Part shown: positions 27,300 to 40,599 of the stretch, one piece after another
Layout: every line of letters begins with the position of its first letter
How positions within the stretch are numbered: the stretch's first letter is position 1
Origin: Octopus sinensis
Lineage: Eukaryota
Assembly (NCBI RefSeq): GCF_006345805.1
Contig: NC_042998.1
Location: 75,640,001 to 75,704,000 of the forward strand
Length of the DNA: 64,000 nucleotides
Reading direction: 5' to 3'
Made by a program: the position numbers and the translations under genes
Notes under the pieces: generated by a model
Database searches by the model: none
Seen by the model: only the letters and a program-made list of their open reading frames with translations
Told to the model about the DNA's origin: nothing

Positions 27300-28325
27300 A
27301 ATGCATATTTCTCCAGTAGGATACATAGTCGATCACACGTCCCTCTCTATAGCAGTGCCGAGAGCTGCGTGCAGATATACGAAAAGAATTCTGACTGGAT
27401 TCAACAGGATTCAACTGTGGAGTCAGCCAGGGCTGCGTAACCACTCCCGAACTCTTCACCTGTGTCATCGATTATCTGATGTAAGCACGTCTCTGGTGTT
27501 ACCTTCGGGAACAACCGCGTTACCGACCTCGAGTATGCAAATGATACCACCCTATTCAGCAACTCGATCAAGCACCTCAGGGATTCACTGATCATATACA
27601 GAGAAGAATCAGCAAAGCTTGGTCTTAGAGTGAGTTTGGCGAAGACCAAGCTGATGCATGTCGGAGATGGCCCAACCCTCTCCTCTCCATATTGGCCCTG
27701 ATGCCGTAAATACTTCACCAACATGGGCTCCATTTATATATATAATCTGGCCACCGGGATCATGTACTTCCCATGGAAGCCCTATTGCTGCCAGTGCTCT
27801 ATCTGCCGGAAGACGAAGCTCCGCATCTGCAAAGCATCAGCCTTCTCTATTCTTTTCTATGGAACAGAAACATGGCCACTCCCGAAAACACTGGCAAAAA
27901 GAATCAACGATTTCGATAACAGAGCCCTGAGAACCATCGAGAGCATCAGGTGGTACCATTACATTTCCAACAAAGAATTACATGCACGCACGTATCTGCC
28001 TGCAGCCTCCCACCTGTCGGATGCGCTGGTACAGACATGTCCTCCATCTCCCGTTAGATCATCCTACCAGGGTTTTAATCTCATTCGAAGTAGCAGCTGC
28101 AGGCTGAAAGAGGCCTTGTGACAGGCCCCGCACCAGATGGCTGGACATGATTGGGAAAGTGCTCCAGAAACTTGAAGTCACCTTGGATGATGCACGGGAC
28201 CACCAGCGATGGAGCACTGGTGGACCAGATTGGTTATACGCATGATGACGTCTCTGGGATGACCCCAGCTAACCTGGAATGACCCCAGCCCCATCAAGCT
28301 AAAGCATGAAGCAACAGCAGTAAGC
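27300..28325 (+). mobile_element. 5'-truncated RTE-clade LINE remnant
   Basis: NCGVSQGCV..PELFTCVIDYL, TDLEYANDT (YADD-like), SILFYGTETW..RINDFDNRALRTI. Confidence 0.8.
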
Positions 28326-29738
28326 ATATATGCATGTATGTATGTCTGTCACTACATCTTGACAATCGGTGCAGGTAAGTTTACATACCTGTAACTTTGT
28401 GGTTCAGCAAAAGAGGCTGATAGAATATGTATGCGGCTTTAATGATATAAGCACTGGAGTCAATTCTTTCGAATAAAATTTTTCAAGGCGATGCCCCAGG
28501 ATAGCCACAGTCTAATAATAAATGTAATGTGAAAACCGGATAGATTTGAACTTGAAATTACAATGAAATTAAGTATCGTAAGGAATTAAATGCGGTGGCA
28601 TACGGTTTTTGTTACAACTTGACAGACATTATTAATTACTGAAACGTTAATTTCTACACAAAACGATGTAAGGATTGGATCATTTCTCTAAAAAAATCAA
28701 TTTCCTCTCAACAGGAATGGAATGAGAAAAACTTTTTTATGCTCGCTTACAAAGTCAATGGAGGTCTCACGAAAACTATGTATAACAAGCCAGATTTCTA
28801 AGGTTGCTGTTACAATTTCCTCACAGTTTTAACTCAATATATTTTTTGTCAAATTGCTTTAATACTATATACAGTTTAAGCAGTGTTCTGTGCTTCCAAA
28901 TAATATGAACCGAAAAGATTAGACAAGCAAACAACTTTGTGCTCTATCCATGTAATTTCCCTACACCACAGGTCAAATTTATATAAAGAGTAATAGCTTG
29001 CACAAATATTGATATTCTATATAGTTTTACCCCCTCCTCACAATTACCAGTTTTTGTTCTCTTTTATACCCCATTAATACAAGATTTAGTTTCCTGATAA
29101 TATGGTTTTCAGCCAAAGATTACTCTGTCGACGACATTAGACAATAGTATAACATAAAAAGAAAACTATCCCTAAATTCTATCTGGTTCCTTAATGTTCT
29201 TCTAAGAGCTCGTCTTTGACGGTAATTTAAAACTCATTTTATGATCTAACGAATATTTTCTTTTATGTACGGTTCGAGAAGCAATAATCTTAATGCTCAA
29301 ACGAAGACTTTTTCTCCTGCCTTGAACTAACAAACTCATTAAATGTTTTAGTATTTTACTACATGTTTCTTTATATAGGCTATTGTTGATAATGCCGAGG
29401 ACTAACGAGCAAGTTTTAGAATCAGGGTTGTGTTTTCCAACCCTAGTTTAAACAAGTTTTGATAATTAGTAATGCTTATAGAAAAAACAATTAACTTGCC
29501 ATTTTTGTGTACCTTATAGTAGGACATGTTAAACTGCATAAATACGCTTGTATAAATTATTAACTGAATTTTATTTAAACTAATAATATCGTTTCATGAT
29601 CTTGTAATTAGTCTATTCATGTAAAAGCATATTTTTAAATACATTTTAAAGAAACAATGAGAGTATTCTCAGTCTATACCAACTACTTCTGAATGATATT
29701 TAATGCATATACACATGTTGGTTGTTGAACACACACAT

Positions 29739-29824
<86 letters not shown>

Positions 29825-30216
29825 GAGAGAGAGAGAGATATACAAAATATTTCACGTAAACCTGAAGTTTCTACCTTTAAAAAAAAGGAGTTACAACGTT
29901 TATACTTGTGTGATTTTATGCTACCCTTGTAACTATTTATATATTTTTTCCGTGTTAATTCTTAACAAAGGAAAAATACACACATCTCTCTCTCTCTCTC
30001 ACTCTCTCTCACTCACTCTCTCTCACTCTTTCTCACTCTCTCTCTATATATATATATATATGTGTGTGTGCGTGTATGTGTAGTATTAATATAAACATTT
30101 TATTTCTACAAAATTAACTGAAATATAAACGAATTGCATATAATTTATTGAAATTGGGAAGCGTTCCATTTATTGAGCATAATACTAGAGCTAGGTGTTC
30201 AAGTTATCCACCTCTA

Positions 30217-30726
30217 GGTTCAACGCAGGTGTTATTCAATTTCTTTTACTTCCGAAACATGTTTACGAGGGGATTTGTAAACTCGGTTATAGAGCGTGCA
30301 TACCGATGTAAACATTGGCAGGAACACACCTTTAGTTCATGTGATATCTATTATTATATACAATTTAAACATTAATTTTCTTCTTACATTTCGCATTCAC
30401 TAGGTATATCTTTTTCCAAGTCTATATGGTTTTATTCAATATACATATAGTTATATATTTCTCATTAATTTAGTTTTTTTCCTTTATCCCTCGTCTTTCT
30501 ATAGGTTACCTTTGACGGTATATCCTATAATGTTTTTTTAAACAATCTTAATTGCGTTCAGTTAATCCCTATACATATCCTTCATTTTCTATTAAAGTGT
30601 CTTATTGACAAATTTCATTTCTTCACTTCCCTGAATAGAAGATTACATTGTTTTACACCATTTTATTCCTTTGGAACAATACCAGTGTCGGAAGTAAAGC
30701 AAATTGAATAACACCTGCGTTTAACT

Positions 30727-30727
<1 letters not shown>
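30217..30727. mobile_element. Unclassified MITE-like element with ~42-bp TIRs
   Basis: acgcaggtgttattcaatttcttttacttccga (left) versus the reverse complement at 30687-30721; AT-rich non-coding interior; no TSD seen. Confidence 0.55.
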
Positions 30728-30762
<35 letters not shown>

Positions 30763-30765
<3 letters not shown>

Positions 30766-32021
30766 CGAAATAATGGACACACCTAGCATCATAGCATCAT
30801 GATTTTGAAATATCATAAAACCGTCAAAAGCTTGTTTACTTTTTTGTTGTTTGATTTATTATTAGTGTTGCTAATTATAATTATAATTTATTATAAGTTT
30901 TGCTGAAATTGCTGTTTCTTTTCAGATGTCATCAGAAAAAGGTAATTAAAATTCATTAAAATTGCATATCTGTCGGACTTTCAAAGAGGTCAAATTGTTG
31001 GTGCTCGTAAAGCAGGCACTAGTGTAACGAAAACAGCCGAAATGTTTGGTGTATCAAGAAGTACTGTCTCGAAAGTAATGACAGCCTTTAAGAAAGAAGG
31101 AAAAACCTCCTCGTTGAAACAAAACTCCGGAAGAAAACCAAAACTTTCAGATAGGGACCGTCGGACTCCCACACGAATTGTTAGAAAGGATCACAAATGT
31201 ACAGCTCCTAAAATTACTGCAGAGCTTAATGACCATCACGAGAACCCAATTTCCACAAAAACTGGAGCTACACAAAGCCGGATTTTACGGGAGGGCTGCA
31301 ATCAGAAAACCACTACTTTCAAAATCAAAAGTTGCAAAGCATTTAGAGTGGAGTAAAAACCTACGGAATTCGTCCCTAGAGCAGTGGTAGAATGTTATTT
31401 TCTCGGACGAGTCATCTTTTACCTTATTTCCGACCACCGTCCGAGTAAACGTGTGGAAACAACCAAAAGAAGCATTTGACCAAAAACTGCCTTCTCCCAA
31501 CTGTTAAACATAGAGGAAGATCTGTAATGAACTGGGGATTTATATCTTTGAAATCCGCGGGCCCAATGGTTTCCCTTCATGGCAGAATTAATAGTCAAGT
31601 CTGTTTAAGCATTCTATCTTAACAAATTCATCCTATGTTTGCAGAACTGTTTCCGGGGGGAAATGCAACCTTTCAGGATGATAATGCACCAATTCACACA
31701 GCTAAACTTGTTACAGAATGGCACGAGGAACATTCTAGTGAGTTGAACATCTGTCCCCAGATCTCAATAATATTGAACATTAATGGTGTATTTTCGAAAA
31801 ACAAGTCAGGAGTCGATATCCTCCACCATCATCACTACAAGAACTGGAGACTGTTTTAGCTGAAGACTGGACAAAAATTCCTTTGGAAACCATTCATAGT
31901 TTGTACGAGTCCATACTTCGTAGAATTCAAGCTGTAATTACTGCCAAAGGCGGTCCTACTCCATATTAAAATAAATTTGTTTGAAATTTTAAGATGTTTC
32001 CATCATTTTGTCAAACTTCTG
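30763..32021 (+). mobile_element. Tc1-family DNA transposon, decayed
   Basis: LSDFQRGQIVGARKAG..GRKPKLSDRDRR HTH, VIFSDES, FQDDNAPIH. TIR remnants at both ends; TA after 32021. Confidence 0.92.
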
Positions 32022-32333
32022 TATATATATCGTCCTCCCTGTCAATGCTCTAATAACGGATTTTCTAAATGTAAAGTTACATTTAAATTCTAGAATTTAG
32101 TCGCATAAAATACAAGCAAGTCTGCTTTAAATCATTCTGAAAAACTCCAGAAATTAGTATAAATAGTGTTACACTAGATTCAATGAGCCACTGTCACAGA
32201 AATTTGCCGAGAAATTTGTGTGAACAATTGACCTAATTTGCTTGGATTACACCTTGATATTTTATACTGCAAATTTGATATTGTTGTATAAAAGCGGGAC
32301 TTAATCTGTGTCTACATTGGTTAATGCATTATA

Positions 32334-33160
32334 CGTGACATGATCAATAAGTATCCGGACTGTTAGTAATGACTGTTAGCTATCCGGACTGTTAGCTATA
32401 GTAATGAAGCTAAAGCAAGGAGAATAATGACCTTGAACTCGGCTGTATGTGTGCATAAGTTTATGCGTGTAAGTTTTAACGTTTTAGCTTACTTCCGCTG
32501 TTTACAGCAGTGCTTGAAAGGAAGGTGTGTAGTGTATGATCGTTGCATTGACCATGACAGAGAAAGTTGAGCAGAGAATCTGCATCAAATTTTATCAAAA
32601 GTTTAGCGATACCTGCTCAGAGGCCTACGCAAACTTTTCAAAAGGTTTTCATCGTTCTCGACACAACCGAGAAGAACTTTTGCAACTGAAACCCGAGTCT
32701 CTTTTTGGTCAACTAAATGCAGTTTTGGTACAAACTTGGCAGATACGCGTCTCATATCCAAATTTTCAGTGATAATGGACTGAACTGAACCGTTACTAAT
32801 CAGCACATCCTCTGATAACTCACCGATGGGGATTCGACGATATCTGCTCACAGCTGCATGCACATCTGCAATTTTTTTCTCAGTCCTGCTTTTTGTGGGT
32901 CTCCCAGAACATTCGTCAATTTCAACATCTTTTCGGCTATCTTGGAAATGTCTGAATCGCACGTATTCTTCTGTGGGTCTTATACACTATTCTGCATGCA
33001 CTTTCTGCAACCTCTCGTAGGCCTCTGAGCAGGTGTCGCCATGACAACTTTCTCTGTCATGGTGAATGTGACGATCGCACGCTACACACCTTCCTTCCAA
33101 ACACTGCTGTTAACAGCGGAAGTGAGCTAGAACGTTAAAGCTTTGGGCATATGCACTTCG
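32334..33160. mobile_element. Mariner remnant made of two inverted 5' halves
   Basis: + half: TA-CGTG TIR, UTR, MTEKVEQRICIKF. - half: same UTR, then ..RFRHFQDSRKDVEIDECSGRP..MRRVSAKFVPK. Confidence 0.8.
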
Positions 33161-34961
33161 AGGAGACAGTATGAGCCAATGATAGATTCTATAATGAGTC
33201 AAGCGGGCTGCTAGAAATAGAAGTGAGATTCTCATAAATCATGCTATGATCTTCAAAGATGGAATGACACATTAGGGAATGTCCTCAATGAACAGAAAAG
33301 CAGGATGCTCACGGATGGATTGAACCCTTATGTTCATAGTTCTGTTCGATTATCTGATATGAGGCTACAGAACAATAATTTACCAACAACTTGACAATAA
33401 ATATACATTGCGTAGTAATCTGCCTATCTATTTCACAAAGAAACTTTGAGCTTGCAAGGCAGCCTATATGCAGCCACTAATAACCGTTTGCTTGTTTATT
33501 TTTTTAAAATATAACCTACCATCCCCAATATGATTATATGTAGGGGACAAGCTAAAACTGAAGATCATAAACGACTCGTCAAGGACGAGCTTTTAGAAAT
33601 ACATTAAAGAACCAGATAGAATTTCGGGATGGTTTTCTTTTTATATTATACTATTGTACCAGAAAAAGACAGGGACGGTCACACTAGAATTTAAATCCAC
33701 GTTCTTACACATTCTTCAAAGTACTCATACAAACTTCACAAAAATCAAAATTTTTAGAAAAGATCCAAAGACATACGTAATTTTACGAAAATATTATGTT
33801 ACTGACAACATGAACAACGACAAAAACAAGAATGCTATCAGTCCTTCAACAGGATCGCACAGAATACATTTAAACCGTTTCAAACACAAAAATAGACTTA
33901 GTAAACATTAGTCAAAAACTTTTTAAATTCTACAATGCACTTTTATGAGACGAAATGATTATAAAATCATTTACAACATGTATGTAGCAATAATTCAGGA
34001 GATATTTGTTTTGTCAGAAAACCGAACCTTTACCCTTTCAAAATTTACTCAATCTTACGTAAAAAAAAACTTCATTGTATGTCTAAGTATCACAAATAAT
34101 ATTCACACATTGATAAACAACGGCACCACGCTAGTAGTTCTGATTGATAAATTAAACACGCACACATAGTCTACCGAGCCAACAACAATAACTCTTCCTT
34201 AGACATGTATCGCAATCATCATATTGTGGAAATAATTTTAATAAATCATTAATTTATGTTGCATCGTATGGACTATGTAGTTCATAATTCTTCATAACTC
34301 AGTAGTTCATAATTCTTTCTCTCAGCTCATATAGTGTCCTCGTATTTCCAGACAATAAACCTGTCTTTTTCCTTCAATGACATATCACCTTTAGAGAATT
34401 TTTGTTTCTTGTTATTACCTCCTCTTCACATATGGAGCTGGTCTCAATACTCAAACGGCGGAGATGAAGTTAATAAATCGTGGCTAAGTTTGTATCATAT
34501 TTGATAAACTTGTTTTTGTCTGTTGTTCTTTTTCCCTATACATTTTTTCTCTCTGTTTTTCGTTCTCTCTCTATTTTTCTCCTCTCACCCCTTTCTCTCG
34601 AAACATCAAAGACTTTTCCATTATTCCCGAGTGTCAAACTAATGCACCTTCTTGCTGTTCCCTCCTCTGCCTTCGTCTTTTGCTTTCTGTAACTATTAAC
34701 TATATATATATATATATATATATATTAATAAATTTCAGGGAGCAAAAATATTTTGAAAAATTCTTTGCTACTAGTGGTCTAGCGAGAAGAAAAAACTAGC
34801 CAATAGACTATATATTATTCATATAAAATACAGTGTACATTTAAACACATAAGAGATGGCCATAACTGGACATTTGAATCGCTATAAAGAGTAGTTAAAC
34901 TCTAAATCACTATTAGGGGTAATTTCGAAAGGCAAGGAAAAATAAAATCATTTACCTTCTA

Positions 34962-35041
34962 TTTCCTGTACCATGCATGGTTTCAAGCAATCTTTAGTAA
35001 ATAAAATAATTTATATTGGCGAAGCTCTCATCAGCAGGAAA
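34962..35041 (-). ncRNA. Canonical type-I hammerhead ribozyme
   Basis: UUUCCUG CUGAUGA GAGC..GCUU GAAA CCAUGCAUGG UA CAGGAAA: 7-bp helix I, 4-bp helix II base, 4-bp helix III with UGCA loop. Predicted GUA cleavage between 34969 and 34968. Confidence 0.85.
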
Positions 35042-35266
35042 GCCAAGATTAACATATAAAAACGAGGCGATAAAGAACATGCCTCATGTTTATTAATTTA
35101 TTAATTAATGATAAAATGTTTTTGGGTTAATTTTGAAAGAAAAGCGGCATTTTTTGTATTTGCTGCCGATAAAAAAACTGCGCGTACACGGTGAATTTAG
35201 AAAAATTATGACATATAAACACGAGGAATGTTCTTTATCGCCTCGTTTTTATATGTTAATCTTGGC

Positions 35267-35346
35267 TTTCCTGCTGATGATAGCTTCACCAATGTAAATT
35301 ATTTTATTTACTTAAGATTGCTTGGAACAATGCATGGTACAGAAAA
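35267..35346 (+). ncRNA. Decayed mirror hammerhead
   Basis: Same motif, but GAAA>GGAA, G10.1>U and a helix III mismatch. Confidence 0.6.
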
Positions 35347-35477
35347 TAGAGGGTAAATGTTTTTATTTTTCGTTTCCTTTCGAAATTACACCTAGTAGTG
35401 GTTTAGAATTTAACTACTCTTTCTAGCGTGTCAGATTTTCTGTTATAGACATCTCTTATGTGTTTAAATGTACACTG

Positions 35478-35515
<38 letters not shown>

Positions 35516-35939
35516 CGACGAGACGTGTTCTGTCCTCACCTTCGAAACACGCTGGAGTTGAACTAGGGACAGCTGATGAAGGGGATTTTTCCTTGTGTAG
35601 TTTTCTTGTACTCTGTTTTTTCGTTGTTAAAAAAATGGTCCGTTCCATGCTGTTTTTACGTTTTCGTTTCTCGTTGAGTTCTACGTCTATTTGTGGTGTC
35701 CTGTACACACGAATATATATTTATATATGCATGTATATATACATGTAGATGTAGGTACGTACATATATGTTTGTATGTATGCATATATTTTATTTATTAC
35801 ACTATTGTATGACTGAGCGCCTTCGCATAGATTTGATTCGATTCGTTTGGTTTCGTTTCGTTTCTTCTTCTTCTCTAAGCTGGTTTATATATATATATAG
35901 AAACAAAGCCACATCTTTTTCACCTACCCTAAAATACTA

Positions 35940-36040
35940 TAACTTCATATATATATATATATATATATATATACGCACATATATATATATACATATATAT
36001 ATATACGCACATATATATATATACATATATATATACGCAC

Positions 36041-36083
<43 letters not shown>

Positions 36084-36152
36084 CGCACATATATATATAT
36101 ACATATATATATATACGCACATATATATATATACATATATATATATACGCAC

Positions 36153-36202
<50 letters not shown>
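35940..36202. repeat. (TA)n array with periodic CGCAC/C interruptions
   Basis: Direct reading. Confidence 0.9.
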
Positions 36203-36206
<4 letters not shown>

Positions 36207-38801
36207 GATCGAATCATCTGCGCATGCTTTGGGTAAAAGAAGTCCGTTATTCATCTAATCTTCCTCGTTAAACTGAATTTCTTTGAATGATCAACAACTT
36301 TTCCTACGGTATTCCCTTTTACTTCATTGTACTCGCTAAAATAACATTATCTATTGATTACCTAATATCTTTATACGCATCAGTATTTGTGTTCAACTGT
36401 CAATATTTTGCTTTTCAGATTTGTAGTTTTCTTTCCCAATTAATTCTATACACAACCAAAATAATATACTTTTGAATCGAGATCTTATTATTGTAAACTA
36501 TAATTTTGTAATGTAATATCTTTGACAATGAAATAAAATACCTATCTATCTATATGAATCATACTAGCTAAAGGCTACGTCAAATAACTGCTTGATTGAA
36601 TAAATGAATAAATGGATATACTTTACTGTCTTCATTTAAAATTGCTTCTATCGGATATTATAAGAATATGAACGTATACATTATATGTTGAAAATTTTTT
36701 ATTCACTTTCTTGATGTCCCCTTTAGATGTGAATTCATACTTCTATACAGATATACAAATCGGCTTAGGTTTAGAATCCACAAAACTTGAAAATATAGAT
36801 CTCCTGAAGTGGTTAGAGGTATGTAATGTTTCATAGTGTATATATGTCTAGAAAGATCAAAATCTTTATTTAGAGTCGTATTTTTCCTTATGTGAATATT
36901 ACTATATCGACATGTCTGCTTTACTTTCTGCATCTTATTAAACATTTGGAAAATTGTGAAATAATGTTAGCACAATACACAAGAAATGTCTAATAACAGT
37001 TGAGACAAAAAACATGCCATTATATAACTATTTGTTTCAGGTCCATTAACGTACTTTGTGCTGGTTTTTCTGCCTGTTATCTATTGGGATATTACCAGTA
37101 ATGCTAAAAATAAAAGAGTTGCTTCATAAAAATATCCCTTGCCAACATATACGATAACAATTATAATTGATACAGTTCTATTACTGATACCGTTCCTGTA
37201 AATGTTTTTAAAAAGTCTAACCGCATGTAGTTTTGGAAGGCAAGCCTCGTAAATATTCCGCGAAAGCCATGAAATATTGTCAAACAACCCAGGGTCAACA
37301 TTGGCTGATTAGAAATCTACCTTGGATATGCCCTAATTAGAAACCAAAGACAATGGAGACTTAATGTAGAATCCCCACTCCTTTCTATGATTGAGTCCAA
37401 ACGACAAGTAATTTGCTGGTTTGTTGGATACCCATCGTTTGGATAATTTCACAAATAACACCTAAACAATGCTTCATCTTTCTTTAAAACATAAAACGAT
37501 TTGACATAAAAAAAAACAATAATTATTTGTTGCTTATATAAGTTACATGCTATTTCTATCCATCAACATTACTTCACTGCATTGAGTTGATTGAACTATT
37601 ACAATTTTCAAAAATGTGTCACTTCTTTTCTACAAGTAACCCGAACAGATCTGTGCTAATCACACATCCAGTACTCGCACATACATATAGTTAGGATTCT
37701 GTTCATAAGTTTCTAAACTATTTCTGTTTTTCTTCCATTATTCTGATGTTTGTTACCTCTAAATATTTTCCCCGATTGACGGATAATATAGGCCTCCCTT
37801 TTTTCTTTCCAAACTCCGCAAAGCTGGTTTCTTATCCACATCTTCCAGTCTATGAGCAGGAGAAAGGAGTGTACACATTGTCTCTTCTGAGACTAACAAG
37901 TACACGAATTAGTGTCAGAACTTCACGGATGCTTGAAGGTTAAACCTGTTCCTCATATTAATATATTTATGGCTAAGTGATTTATACCATTCATATCTAA
38001 ATGCCTGTATTAAAACTAAAGCTCTCAGTGGAACTTTTGATTTTATACAAGCAATAAGTTGTAATCATTCAACAGCATTCTAAGAGACCCAAATTAATAA
38101 TAATAATCAGATTACTTGTACCTTGTATATTCAGATCAGTTGCAACAAAAACACATCTTTATGTTCTCTCTAATTACTTTGTTGTTATGTCACACCTGTT
38201 TTACTCAAATATTAAAACTAATTGGAATTCTAACGATTATCAATAACGGTTCAAATTGAATTTATCAGTCATTGTTCATTATGATGTGTTGCTAAAACGC
38301 GTAAGCTCATATGTGAGCACAATACGGAATTATTTCCAATTTATATTATATTAACATTCAAACCCAATATATTTCAAGCAGATTATAATGAATTGGTATT
38401 GTTTAAGGAATTTAGCACTTCCTTTAGTTTTAGTTTTGTGCACTTCCCCTATTTCTTTCTAATAACTTTTCCTTCAATTTCTATGTATGAATATTTCAAC
38501 TAACTTCCCTTGGTTTTGTAGCTTCCACTTTTGGTATTTATAAAAGGAAAAGAAGAAAATTCAATAAAATCTGCCAATTCATATTACAACTGAAAGAAAT
38601 AAATTAATTAATTAATCAACTCTATTTACCTCAATCAAGTGCAATTTACTTATTTACTGATTTTTCTAAGACACATGCATCCATCTTTGGGTACTTATTT
38701 CTATTGATTTCGGGATTTGGATCTCCCAAAACTTCTTCATTTTTCACTCTCTATACGTGTCTCTCCTTCATACATACCTATATGTAGACACATATATGCG
38801 C

Positions 38802-38833
<32 letters not shown>

Positions 38834-38845
38834 GTGTGTTATATA

Positions 38846-39070
38846 GTTCAGTGGTTAGAGCGTCGGGCTTACAGTCATGAGGTAGTGAGTTCGATTCATG
38901 GACCGGGCTGTGTGTTGTGTTCTGGAACATGACATTTCATTTCAGGTTGCTCCAGTTCACTCAGCTGTAGAAATGAAATGCAAGGTCACTGGTGCCTAAC
39001 TGTATCGGCCTTTGCCTTTCTCTTGGACAACATCGGTGTATGCATGAGAGACTGTTGGTCTTCCACAAGC
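38846..39070 (+). mobile_element. tRNA-derived SINE (fifth family)
   Basis: gttcagtggttagagcgtcgggcttacagtcatgaggtagtgagttcgattc head. Confidence 0.8.
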
Positions 39071-40019
39071 AACCCAGCTGTAACTTTGTAACGGATTGGC
39101 GTATGAGGGTGGAATAGTGACTTATGAAAATCACCCGACCGAGAGCTCGTCTGCCACGTTTTGTAGTCAGCGATCGAAAGGATTCAAAACCTGTACTATG
39201 AATCCCGACTGGTTGGGATTGGTAGTTCGATCACGTCGAAGGTCATCATCATAGTAAACAAAAATACGTCATTTCAGTGACTGGATAATTAGCTTCTTTC
39301 CATTCATTTAAAAATAATTGTTTGGAATGAACATGCATCACAGCCATGAGTTCTCCATCTTTTTAATTTTGATATTTTAAAACATGATCTGATTTGGTGA
39401 GTTTTGGGTGCTATTTCTTGCTGGTCAAATAAGCACGCAGATACTTCTTTCAGGGTTGCTTTGGCTGTCTCATTTGTAGCTGTAAAGTGTCCGTCAACCC
39501 CACTTGATCATAAGTACGGTATCGAGATGACTAATTTGTATACTTACAGTAATCCATAATTCTGATATCCTGGACAACTTTTGTGAGAGCTGGGAATTTG
39601 GAACACTTTCTATAATACAAGGATTTCTGTGTGAGGCACAAATTGTCAGTTACAATATAGCTCATAAATTTTGTTATCTATCCAGCTTGGTTACGATACA
39701 CATCAACGAATCGCACTTATTTCTTATCTACACCTCTTTTCTTGATCCTTATCCACTCAAGCCTCACTAGGGTACCTGTGCTCTCCTCTTCTCCTTATTC
39801 CCTCTGTATTTCGCCTGACCTCAACATCAAATGTGCTTCAAAACATCAATTCTCTAGAATTATATTGCTGTTATCATTTAACTTTAGGACATCTTTAATC
39901 CAGCAGACTTATTTCTAAATTAATTCCATCTTTATTCAAACTGCCTATAAATAATCCCAAGAGCCTTTTCCTTTTAATACTATAGTATAAAGAGTTGCTG
40001 GAAATTGGTTAGTCATGGC

Positions 40020-40405
40020 TAGCTGACGCAGTCGTTGGCTCGCTTGCCTTCAACTGTTTTGCCTTAAGGGAAAAAAGGTAAAGACCTTCTTCAGTCATGA
40101 ATGACCACGGGATTGCACCTAGAAAGTTACCTTCCGAGACATAAGTCCAGGCAAGGTTGTTTATAGAAGACAAGCAGTCGCCCATGAATACAAGTCACCC
40201 CTCTCCACGCCACCGATGTTATTCAAGAGAAAGGCAAGGGTTGATACAGCTTGGCACCAGTGACGTTGAAACTCACTTCTATAACTGAAGGAACTGGAGC
40301 AACTTGAAATAAAGTATCTTCCTCAAGAACACAAAATACAGCGCGATCTGGGAATCGAACTCACTATCTCATGATTGTGAGCCCGACGCTATAACCACTG
40401 AGCCT
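40020..40405 (-). mobile_element. tRNA-derived SINE, same family as 38846-39070, opposite orientation
   Basis: The reverse complement has the same head and body. Confidence 0.8.
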
Positions 40406-40599
40406 TGCAATGCATTGACGTCAGAAAACATTAGAAACTAACTATTTCCTCTACTTCAGTTTCGAAATCCATCAAAAGATTACGAATGTCGCCATCTCTC
40501 GTACAAGTAAATAATTTTATAATCTTTGAAATAGTTAAAAACTATTTGCGACTGCAACGGCTGCAATCGCGTGTTCGGAGTTTTATTTTCTGAGTGTAA

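Larger units (their letters stand above)
34821..35487. mobile_element. ORF-less fold-back element, ~272-bp diverged inverted arms each carrying a hammerhead
   Basis: Arms 34821-35092 and 35216-35487 with a 123-bp spacer; TA-rich flanks. Confidence 0.85.

Noticed and set aside
33560-34300. Possible ancient PLE GIY-YIG remnants (also 28700-28950 and 61690-62330)
   Set aside because: Only faint, multi-frame motif echoes; not supportable without alignment.
34821-35487. Tc1-type MITE call based on TA-CAGTG ends
   Set aside because: The inverted repeat extends beyond CAGTG and the arms contain hammerheads, favouring a PLE-related origin; a DNA-transposon origin is not fully excluded.
35512-35600. 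Permuted hammerhead (CUGAUGA, GAAAC and CUGUCC/GGACAG all present)
   Set aside because: The parts cannot be assembled into a type I, II or III fold within this copy.
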